Shown: positions 37,126 to 45,836 of the stretch, in pieces
How the letters are laid out: each line of letters opens with the position of its first letter
How positions within the stretch are numbered: the stretch's first letter is position 1
From: Candidatus Poribacteria bacterium
Lineage (GTDB): Bacteria > Poribacteria > WGA-4E > WGA-3G
DNA length: 49,223 nucleotides
Direction of reading: 5' to 3'
Assembly: GCA_012271015.1 (NCBI GenBank)
Contig: JAAXHD010000189.1
Location: 45,962-95,184 of the forward strand
The notes under the pieces: model-generated
Seen by the model: only the letters and a program-made list of their open reading frames with translations
What the model was told of the DNA's origin: nothing
Databases searched by the model: none
Translations under genes and position numbers: made by a program

Positions 37126-38204
37126 AGAACGAAAAAACAGACCGTGTAGGAGGGGTTTTTGGGGAAACACCCAAGCAAAAACACCCCGATTCCCTTTTTA
37201 AATTAGGGGGCGTGTTTCTACTGATTTTCGGAATGTTCTGTCTACCCTTAGCACATCTTGATGCCGATTCGATTAAGTTCGCAACACTCGCGCCAAAGGG
37301 TTCCACATGGATGAACAATTTTGAAGCGATGGGGAAAGAAATTCGCGCCAAAACAGACGGTGATCTCCGACTCCGTATCTATCCGAATGGGGTCCAGGGA
37401 GATGAACTTGATGTTATCCGCAAGATGCGCGCAGGATTGATCCACGCAGGTGCTATGACCGCTACAGGTCTCGGTGAGATACAGGAAGAGGTCCTGATTT
37501 TTCAACTGCCTCGAATGTTCAGAACCTACGAAGAACTTGATTATGTCCGAGACTACCTCCGCGCAGATCTCGACGAAGCCTTTATGGATGCGGGGTATGT
37601 CCTACTCGGTATGGGAGACATCGGCTTTTATTATATATTCAGTAACCAACCTATCCGCAATATTGCCGACCTTCAATCCACAAACGTCAAGATGTGGGCT
37701 CGTCCGGGCGACAAAATTGCGCTTGAGTTTTACAAAAACGCCGAGATTGCAACTGTGCCGAGAGAGGTTACACAGGTACTGTCTTCCCTCTACTCAGGGC
37801 ACCTCAACACCTTGGCTGCATCACCATATGTCACGGTCGCTCTGCAATGGCACGATAAATTCAAGTACATGACGAACCTTCCTGTTAATGTTGGTGTTGG
37901 CGCGACGGTCATAACAAAGGAAAAGTTCGATGAACTTTCTCCGGAGCTGCAGAAGGTTGTGCGTGAAACCGTGGACGCATATCAGGGCGATTTAATTCAG
38001 AATATCCGCAAGGATAATGAAAGGGCGCTTGAGGCACTGCAAAAAAAGGCAGGCATTGAAGTGGTTGAATTCGAGGATGACTCTCGGGAAGCGTGGGATG
38101 CCATCGCTATGGAAACCCACAAAGCCCTCGTCGGTGAGATATACTCGCAAAAGTTTCTTGACAAGATTAATGCCCTTTTGCAAGCGTACCGAGAGAAAAA
38201 TTAA
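37122..38204 (+). CDS. dctP: TRAP transporter substrate-binding protein DctP (TatP-like)
   Basis: IKFATLAPKGSTW, YPNGVQGDE.DVIRKMR; N-terminus carries a repeat-derived insert. Confidence 0.9.
   Translation: MKNEKTDRVGGVFGETPKQKHPDSLFKLGGVFLLIFGMFCLPLAHLDADSIKFATLAPKGSTWMNNFEAMGKEIRAKTDGDLRLRIYPNGVQGDELDVIRKMRAGLIHAGAMTATGLGEIQEEVLIFQLPRMFRTYEELDYVRDYLRADLDEAFMDAGYVLLGMGDIGFYYIFSNQPIRNIADLQSTNVKMWARPGDKIALEFYKNAEIATVPREVTQVLSSLYSGHLNTLAASPYVTVALQWHDKFKYMTNLPVNVGVGATVITKEKFDELSPELQKVVRETVDAYQGDLIQNIRKDNERALEALQKKAGIEVVEFEDDSREAWDAIAMETHKALVGEIYSQKFLDKINALLQAYREKN
37146..37190 (+). repeat. GTAG-type REP plus GT-rich motif (reverse orientation) inside the dctP 5' end
   Basis: GTAGGAGGGGTTTTT[GGGGAAACACCCAAGCAAAAAC]ACCCCGAT, encoding VGGVFGETPKQKHPD. 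Confidence 0.8.
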
Positions 38205-38240
38205 GTGACACTGACGCAATCCGTCAATAACCTTCCGTTG

Positions 38241-38268
38241 ATAGGCGTGCTTCCAAAGCGCGCCTATT
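38241..38268. terminator. Hairpin after dctP
   Basis: ATAGGCGTGCTT-CCA-AAGCGCGCCTAT, one G-U pair. Confidence 0.5.
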
Positions 38269-38387
38269 AAATTTATGTAAGTCCTATTTTGCTAAACCTT
38301 GGCAATTCCCCTTGTAATTGTCCTTCACATCCGTGTATAATTGGCATTATCCTCAATCCAATTGACGAAAATACGCGGAGAAAACTC

Positions 38388-41300
38388 GTGCCAACCCTCA
38401 ACATCAAACCGATACATAAACCCATCAAAAACTACTATACCGAACTTGCGGAATACGCGAAAGTCGGTGCAGAACACGAAGGCGCAGTCCGAACGGCATT
38501 CCAAAATCTACTCCAACATTACTGCCGACAAGCAGATCTCATCCTCGTCTGTGAAAAGACACACCACACGCCACAGAAAAGGCGGATCCGGATAGATGGC
38601 GAAGTCGTTGATGCGTTTGACTTGCCACATGGACACTGGGAAGCAAAAGATACACACGATGACCTTCCGACAGAAGCGCGGAAGAAATTGGAGGCGGGTT
38701 ACCCGTTTAAAAATATCATCGTTCAGTCGCCAACCCGGGCACTCCTCTATCAAAACGGACACCTCCGACTTGATATAGACCTCACAGATCCGAGCAACCT
38801 TATCAATCTGTTGAATACCTTCTTTGCGTACCGGGAAGAAAATATCCTCGATTGGTATGCCGCCGTTGAAGAATTCAAAGAAAAGGTTCCGGTGTTAGGG
38901 CGGGGTGTGGCAAAGCGCATTGAGACCGAAAGGCAGGATAATCCCAGTTCCGACAAGCCTTCGAGAACTTCCATCGGCAATGCCGAGCCTCTATTGATCC
39001 GAACCTCACCGAGGCACAGGTCGAAGAGATGCTCATCCAACACCTTCTCACCGAGCGAATTTTCCGCACAGTCTTTGACAATCCCGATTTTACCAATAGA
39101 AACATCATCGCCCAAGAAATTGAGAAGGTGATTCAGATCCTCACCCGTCGTTCTCCGAGCCGTTCCGAGTTCCTCCGTCCTCTGGATCCGTTCTACGTTG
39201 CGATTGAGAAAACCGCCGCCACCATCACTGATTTCTCACAGAAACAGGCTTTCCTAAATACCGTCTACGAGCAGTTCTTTCAAGGTTTCTCTGTCTATAT
39301 TGCCGATACACACGGTATCGTCTATACACCACAGCCGATCGTGGATTTCATGGTGAAAAGCGTGGAACATGTGCTTGAGACCGAATTCGGACGCTCACTG
39401 TCAAATATGGGTGTTCACATTATCGATCCATTTGTTGGCACTGGTAACTTCATTGTCCGACTCATGCAGGAGATTCGGGGGCGGCGATTGCCGCAGAAAT
39501 ACCGTGAGGAGCTCCACTGCAACGAAGTAATGCTTCTGCCTTACTACATCGCCAGTCTGAACATTGAACACGCCTATTATGAGAGGACCGGCAATTATGA
39601 ACCTTTTCCACATATCTGCTTCGTGGATACGTTTGATACGTTCGGTCTGATGGACGCACCCCACCAAACTGGAGAGTTCACCTATTTTACGCCGGATAAC
39701 ACCTTGCGGGTTGAAGAGCAGCGAGAGATTCCGATGTTCGTTGTTATCGGGAATCCACCCTACAATGCGGGGCAGAAGAATGAGAACGATAATAACAAAA
39801 ATCGGCCGCATGTGGGCATTGATGCGCGGGTACGAGATACTTTTGCTGCTGACTCCAAGGCACAACTGAAAAATTCGCTTTATGATCCGTATGTCAAAGC
39901 CTTTCGATGGGCAATAGATAAACTCGGTGATGTGGGAATCACCGCATTCGTAACGAACAACAGTTTTATTGACGGACAAGCATTTGATGGCATGCGGAAA
40001 CACCTTTCCAAAGAGTTTGACACACTCTATATTCTGGACTTGGGAGGGAATGTACGAAAGGGACAATCAGGAGAGGCTAACGTGTTCGGCATTCAGGTCG
40101 GTGTGAGCATCAACATCCTTGTGAAATCAAAACAGGAGGGTGGGAGTTTTCCTGCGCGAATCTGCTATAACGACGAGGCTGCGGATTTGAATAAGACACG
40201 GACCTTTGCGTTTCTGGACGAGAACCAGTACGTTGGGAACCTGGAGTGGCAAGAGTTGAGACCAGATAAACGGTCTACGTGGCTCACTGGCGGACTCCAC
40301 GGTGATTTTGACTCTTTTATTCCAATGGGAAGCAAATCCGCCAAGGCAACCCAGGGTGCTGCAGACGGAACACTTTTTAAAACCTATAGCGTTGGTGTGC
40401 TAACAGCCCGCGATGCATGGACTTACAACTTCAACCCAGATGCACTCACGAAAAATATGCAAGCGATGATGGAGTTCTACAACTTAGAAGCATCCAGGTG
40501 GGAACGGCGTGTTGAACGAACACATAACGTTGATGCATTTGTTTCAACCGATAGCACGAAAATAAAATGGACAGATCGACTGAAGGTGGAACTAACAAAG
40601 GGCAGATTAATCACCTTTGCGTCGGAACGAATAAGGAATTCTCTTTATCGTCCATTTACAAAGTCCAACCTCTACTTTGATAAATTGATGAACCAGCGGA
40701 CTTACCTGTTTCCATCCATCTTTCCAACACCTGATACCGAATTGGATAATCGCGCGATATGGATCAAGGTTGGACAAGAGTGGCCAATGTTCGCGCTGAT
40801 GGTAGATAAAATTCCTGAAGCCCTACCGCAAGGCGGTTCTCAATGTTTTCCTTTCTATACCTACAATGAAGATGGCACAAATCGCCGTGAAAATGTTACC
40901 GACTGGGCATTGGCACAATTCCGCACGCGTTACCGAGATGACACCATCACTAAGTGGGATATCTTCCACTATACCTACGGGCTCCTACATCATCCCGATT
41001 ATCGCGAGCGGTATCAGGAAAACCTCAAGCGTGATTTACCACATATTCCTTTTGCCGAAGACTTCTGGGGATTTGCCAACGCTGGTGCCCGGTTGGCAGA
41101 CCTTCACGTCAACTACGAATTACAACCCGAATACGATAAACTCAATCCAATAGAAACCCCGGGAATGCAAGTAGATTTGTCCGTGGAGCGGATGAAATTC
41201 TCCAAAGACAAGACGTGTCTGAAATACAACGATTACCTCACGTTAGAGGACATTCCTCTGGAGGCGTTTGATTACCGGCTAGGGAATCGTTCAGCGTTGG

Positions 41301-41464
41301 AATGGGTCGTGGATCAGTATCGTGTAAAGGTAGACAAACGAAGTGGCATTAAGAACGATCCAAATCGTGGGGAAGATCCAGAGTATATCCTCCGTCTCAT
41401 CGGTCAGGTGATCACCATCAGTTTAGAGACAGTAGATACTGTCAACAAATTGCCTGCATTGTAG
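38388..41464 (+). pseudogene. Type ISP/IIG-like fused restriction-modification enzyme without helicase, frameshifted
   Basis: GTG at 38388; nuclease motif RIDG...WEAKD; shift at ~38943-38948 into FRQAFENFH...MLIQHLL; MTase motifs GIVYTP, DPFVGTG, GNPPY; LlaBIII-like C-terminus (YRPF, QCFPFY, SALEWVVDQY, NDPN). About 1025 aa if repaired. Confidence 0.85.
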
Positions 41465-41548
41465 TAAACATATACTGTGTGCCGTGACTTTATTGCATAA
41501 TTTTTCAAATTAAGATTCCTCTTCTTTCCAAGATTTTCGCTTTCCTTC

Positions 41549-41627
41549 AGCCCTATAAGGGCGAAATATCTGTAGCATCAAAGATAACCCTATTTCTTTA
41601 GCCCCGTAGGGGCGGCATATTTGTAGC
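41549..41627. repeat. Tandem GCCC-N-GGGC hairpin repeat
   Basis: AGCCCTATAAGGGCGAAATATCTGTAGC and AGCCCCGTAGGGGCGGCATATTTGTAGC. Confidence 0.6.
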
Positions 41628-41800
41628 CAAATGACATCAATAGAATGTTGCAAAAACGCTAAACGATGTGATACAATATTGCCAGCAAAAGGAACAGGCA
41701 GGTGTATGGTACTCACCTGGTTCTGCACTTTAATTTCAAAATTATCCGTACAAGCACCAAGCTAGTCGCCAGAACGCCAACACAGGACCGGAGCGGAAAT

Positions 41801-42087
41801 TTGCTGATTGATGAGATTATATGGCAGCAACAATTTGTTGAGAAATTAGCGACAAAGCATAGTGTAGAAAAAACGGAAGTTGAAGAAGTCTTAACCAATC
41901 GTCCTCGTTTTCGTTTCGTTTCTAAAGGCAATCGGTCTGGTGAAGATGTTTACTCAGCTATGAGACAGACGGACGCGGGACGTTATCTCATCGTTTTTTC
42001 ATCCACAAATCAAATCGTCGGGCGTTGATTATCAGTGCAAGAGATATGACCCAAACGAAGCGAAGAAATTATGGCAGACAAAGATAA
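41801..42087 (+). pseudogene. BrnT family toxin, frameshifted at a T6 run
   Basis: TTG at 41801: LIDEIIW...KLATKHSV...EVEEV...QTDAGRYLIVF. Adding one T at 41994-41999 restores FIHKSNRRALIISARDMTQTKRRNYGRQR*. Confidence 0.8.
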
Positions 42088-42508
42088 AAAACGAGATCCA
42101 ATGCCTCCTCCCGATGCAACACCAGAGGAAATAGGCGAATTTTGGGATACACATAGCCTTGCTGACTATTGGGACGAAACCCATGAGGTAGAATTTCAGG
42201 TTAATCTCAAATCACGTCAGGATCTACCACCAGACGAGAGTGAGACAGTTGATCAGGACAACCCGCTTCCGGCAGAACAAGGTTGGCGAAAACTAAAAGA
42301 ACTCATTCAGTCATTGGACGAACAACACAAAGGACGCAAAAAAGGCGAACCTTTTGAAGAACTTGTTGCGAGACTACTGGAATTGTTCCTTGACATTCCC
42401 TTTGTGGTTGCAAAATCCGGCACTCAATCAAGTACGGATTCGGAGTCGAAAATGTTACACCGTCCACAATTTTTTTATACAAAAAAAATCGGAGAAAAAC
42501 AGGTCTAA
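42071..42508 (+). CDS. CopG/BrnA-like antitoxin N-terminus fused to an unrelated C-terminal segment
   Basis: EEIGEFWDTHSLADYWD motif; overlaps the brnT end; C-terminal KGEPFEELVARLLE resembles a restriction endonuclease N-terminal helix. Confidence 0.7.
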   Translation: MADKDKKRDPMPPPDATPEEIGEFWDTHSLADYWDETHEVEFQVNLKSRQDLPPDESETVDQDNPLPAEQGWRKLKELIQSLDEQHKGRKKGEPFEELVARLLELFLDIPFVVAKSGTQSSTDSESKMLHRPQFFYTKKIGEKQV

Positions 42509-42563
42509 ACCCACACATACATTGACTTCTCAGGCAATTTTGGAAAGTTACCCAAAATACGAG

Positions 42564-42587
42564 AAAAGTTACCAAATGGTAACTTTT
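42564..42587. promoter_or_regulatory. Perfect 11-bp inverted repeat, candidate operator
   Basis: AAAAGTTACCA-AA-TGGTAACTTTT, with an extra half site AAAGTTACC at 42544-42552. Confidence 0.45.
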
Positions 42588-42680
42588 TAGAAATTAAGTT
42601 ATAAATAAATTAACATATGTTATCTATAAAAACTGATAAAAAACAAACACCGAATAGCCCTACTATGCTCTGAAATTCAT

Positions 42681-42709
42681 TTGCGATTTTTCACCGTGTG
42701 TGGTATTAT
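42681..42709 (+). promoter_or_regulatory. Putative sigma70 promoter
   Basis: TTGCGA-N17-TATTAT with extended TG. Confidence 0.5.
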
Positions 42710-42736
42710 TATATCCTTGAGGAGGCATCAAGACTC

Positions 42737-43495
42737 GTGGCATCTATTAATGACATCGCAAATGAATTCATCCGGGAAGAGATCGAAGAATTCTTGGAAG
42801 AACCCGACGAGATAGCACGCACCATTGATATTTTTGCGCAAGCGACTCCTGCTATGCAAACCATCTCTGCTGCCCTCATTGACGGCGACCATCACACTGT
42901 CGATGAATTGACAGAAGCAGCCCTGGAAGAAGGCATAGAGGCATTGGAGATTATGGATGATGGACTCATTGCTGGGATGGGAATCGTTGGCATCAAGTTC
43001 CGAGAAAACTTCATCTTTGTGCCAGAAGTTTTGGCGTGTGCCCGGGCAATGAAGGCAGGGATGGCATATATCGAACCGATTCTTTCGGAGTCAGGTATTG
43101 ATCCTATCGGGACAGTGATTATGGGAACCGTCAAGGGTGATCTACACGATATTGGCAAGAATTTGTGCATCATGATGTTGCGTGGCGCGGGTTTTGTGGT
43201 CCACGATTTAGGGGTGGATACCTCTGAAGATGAGTTCATTGATGCCGTTGAGGAACATGAGGCACCGATCCTCGGGATGTCGGCACTCCTAACGACGACA
43301 ATGCCGAACATGGGGAAAACGATCGATGCCTTTATTGATGAAGACTTGCGGGAAGAAGTCAAGATTATGGTAGGGGGTGCTCCAGTTACACAAACATTCG
43401 CCGATGATATGGGTGCTGACGGGTATGGCAAAGATGCCCTGGCATGTGTCGCACTCGCCAAGCAATTTCTTGAGGAACCGGAGGAAGAGTGGTAG
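42737..43495 (+). CDS. Corrinoid (B12-binding) protein
   Basis: Cap domain (GLIAGM.IVG.KF...FVPEV) plus GTVKGDLHDIGKNL, GMSALL, VGGAP; GTG at 42737 after GAGGAGG. Confidence 0.93.
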   Translation: MASINDIANEFIREEIEEFLEEPDEIARTIDIFAQATPAMQTISAALIDGDHHTVDELTEAALEEGIEALEIMDDGLIAGMGIVGIKFRENFIFVPEVLACARAMKAGMAYIEPILSESGIDPIGTVIMGTVKGDLHDIGKNLCIMMLRGAGFVVHDLGVDTSEDEFIDAVEEHEAPILGMSALLTTTMPNMGKTIDAFIDEDLREEVKIMVGGAPVTQTFADDMGADGYGKDALACVALAKQFLEEPEEEW

Positions 43496-43500
43496 GAAAT

Positions 43501-43614
43501 GACTATCAGTTGTCAGGGCGGGTTGCTAACGCAACCCTATTAGTCGTCAGCATAAAGCGTTTGAGTTAACCAAAGCCCTTTTTACTGACTTCCAATAGCC
43601 GATAGCCGATGGCT
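43501..43614. repeat. H7-family element
   Basis: GACTATCAGTTGTCAG...nested GGGTTGCTAACGCAACCC...CCAATAG-CCGATAG-CCGATGG. Confidence 0.6.
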
Positions 43615-43627
43615 CAAAAATAAAAAT

Positions 43628-45523
43628 ATGAAGAAAATAGACAAAGCCGAATACGAGAAACGACTCAATAAAATCACACAAATTTTTGAAGATTTGGTTG
43701 TTCACGCCGATGAACAAGCCACTTACCGGTGTCCCTACAAAAATCGCTTTGACCACTGCACAGCGAAGTTCGGTTGCCGAAACCAGCGAAAGATTGATGA
43801 AGGGACAGGGCTTTTGTGTGTCGGAGACGACAAGTTAGATTATCGCAGCGCGTGGGAGACTGACGCGCCTGACCCGACATCAGAAACACACAGCACCGGC
43901 ACAATTACGTGTGACGGAAAAGCTTACCAACTCACCCCTGGGAAAACTATTTTTGACTACGCAGACGACTTAACCGTCCAAGTACCCACCTCCTGTTTCC
44001 GAACTGGACAGTGCCACGAATGTATCGTTGAGATTAAGCGTGGTATGGACAGTCTTCGCCGCCCAAATGAAGCAGAAGCCTTCCTTCGAGACAACTACCG
44101 TCTCGCCTGCCAAGCAATTGTTCTTGATATTGACAAAGACATCGAGTTCACACCACTGCGACGCTCACCAAGGATCCTGACACACGCTACCACGACGGAC
44201 AGTAGTGGGCCCGGATTGGATCCACGCGTTACGCATCGCGATGGCGTTGTCTACTACAACAATGAGTCTATTGACCGTTACCGCGGGCATCTTTATGGAC
44301 TCGCTTTGGATATCGGAACAACGACAGTGGTGGCAAATCTGGTGGATTTAGAGAGCGGAAAAACGGTTTCTGTCAGTTCCTTTGAAAACCCACAACGTTT
44401 TGGCGGTAGCGATATTATGAATCGCATCAGCTACGACGGTGAATTCAAAGGCGAACTGCGTCGCTCGTTGATTGCCGCACTCAACAGCGAAATCATGGAG
44501 ATGTGTGAACGCCACAACTTCGTCCGCCAAGAGATTTATGAAATCGTCGTTGCTGGGAACACAACAATGCGCGATATCTTCTTCAAACATGACGTTCAGA
44601 GTATTGGACAGAAGCCGTATAAATCACTGATTGAACATGAGTATCGGGAAGGGACCCGCTCAACCACTTCGCTCACTGAAAAAGTGCGTCGTTTAGGTCT
44701 CCGTGCGAATCCGAAGGCGATGGTCTATAGCCTGCCGTTGATCGCTAGTCATGTTGGGGCAGATGTTGCCGCGGATTTAGTCTCTATCGACATCCCCGCA
44801 CAAGATGAGATCATTATGTTGGTTGATGTCGGGACAAACACAGAAGTGGTCGTCGGAAACGCGAAACGGATGGTCGCGGCATCATGTCCGGCTGGTCCTG
44901 CTTTTGAAGGGGGCGGCATTGAATACGGAATGCCTGCTTACCCGGGTGCTATTGAGTCTGTGAAGTGGAACGACAGTCAATTCGATTATGAGACGATTAG
45001 TGGTGAGACACCAGAGGGGTTATGCGGTTCTGGGTTGATTTCGCTTCTCGCTGAGCTACGTCGGAATAATCAGATGAGTCCAAAGGGCGTTTTTGAGGAC
45101 AGAAAACAACGCGTTATGTCTCTCTTGCCGGAACACGGTATCACCTTCTCACGTGATGATGCAAGTAACTTGGCACAAGCAAAGGCGGCAAATTACTGTG
45201 GACAATATATCGTTCTGCGGCACTTCGGCTGCGTTCCAAAAGACATTACGAAACTCTTTCTGGCAGGTGGTTTTGCCAATTATGTTAATCTACAAGACGC
45301 TATTGAAATCGGATTTCTCGCACCGGTTCCAGAAGCAAATGTCGTCAAGATTGGTAATGCCGCGGTCGCAGGTGCGACAGCTGTCCTGCTTTCTGAGAAA
45401 AAACGCGCAGATATTGAAGCGTTTGTCAACAATATTGAGCATATTGAGTTGGAGACAACCCCCGATTTCTTTGAGGTATTCGTGGAAGGTTGTCAATTCA
45501 AGCCAATGCCAGCAACCTTGTAA
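43628..45523 (+). CDS. ASKHA-domain reductive activator of corrinoid proteins (RACo/RamA-like) with 2Fe-2S domain
   Basis: CFRTGQCHEC...RLACQ ferredoxin; DIGTTT, NPQ, DVGTNTE, CPAGPAFEG, GLCGSG, LAGGF, GNAA. Confidence 0.92.
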   Translation: MKKIDKAEYEKRLNKITQIFEDLVVHADEQATYRCPYKNRFDHCTAKFGCRNQRKIDEGTGLLCVGDDKLDYRSAWETDAPDPTSETHSTGTITCDGKAYQLTPGKTIFDYADDLTVQVPTSCFRTGQCHECIVEIKRGMDSLRRPNEAEAFLRDNYRLACQAIVLDIDKDIEFTPLRRSPRILTHATTTDSSGPGLDPRVTHRDGVVYYNNESIDRYRGHLYGLALDIGTTTVVANLVDLESGKTVSVSSFENPQRFGGSDIMNRISYDGEFKGELRRSLIAALNSEIMEMCERHNFVRQEIYEIVVAGNTTMRDIFFKHDVQSIGQKPYKSLIEHEYREGTRSTTSLTEKVRRLGLRANPKAMVYSLPLIASHVGADVAADLVSIDIPAQDEIIMLVDVGTNTEVVVGNAKRMVAASCPAGPAFEGGGIEYGMPAYPGAIESVKWNDSQFDYETISGETPEGLCGSGLISLLAELRRNNQMSPKGVFEDRKQRVMSLLPEHGITFSRDDASNLAQAKAANYCGQYIVLRHFGCVPKDITKLFLAGGFANYVNLQDAIEIGFLAPVPEANVVKIGNAAVAGATAVLLSEKKRADIEAFVNNIEHIELETTPDFFEVFVEGCQFKPMPATL

Positions 45524-45605
45524 TTGGCAGTCGGTTGTCAGTTCTCGGTTAAGAGACTTTCGGCTCACAATAAAGGGATCTTCTTGAGATAGCCTCAAAA
45601 CCCAT

Positions 45606-45836
45606 AGCCCGTAATGAAATTAGGTTTCCTTACCGCAAGGTAAAATTAAAATATTTCTTCGATCTTTACAGGATTATAGGTTTCCAGGATAATCCTAAGC
45701 ACATAGCCCGTAATGAAATTATGCCTTAAATGGCATAATTTGTCTTTGCTTTACATTTGGAGGGCGGACATACGGAGAGGAACGTGAAACCATCAGTACA
45801 CCTCACCGAACCGCAAGGTAAAATTAAAATATTTCG
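45606..45836 (+). repeat. Two element-L variants (one internally deleted, one with an insert)
   Basis: CATAGCCCGTAATGAAATTA occurs at 45603 and 45702; ACCGCAAGGTAAAATTAAAATATTTC occurs twice; the second copy overlaps the start of the next CDS. Confidence 0.75.

Noticed and set aside
39401-40066. 221-aa minus-strand ORF
   Set aside because: Antisense shadow of the R-M MTase domain.
42509-42736. Cobalamin or SAM riboswitch upstream of the corrinoid gene
   Set aside because: The region is very AT-rich, no B12-box or S-box elements were recognised, and the predicted leader is short.
42892-43461. 189-aa minus-strand ORF
   Set aside because: Antisense shadow of the corrinoid protein.
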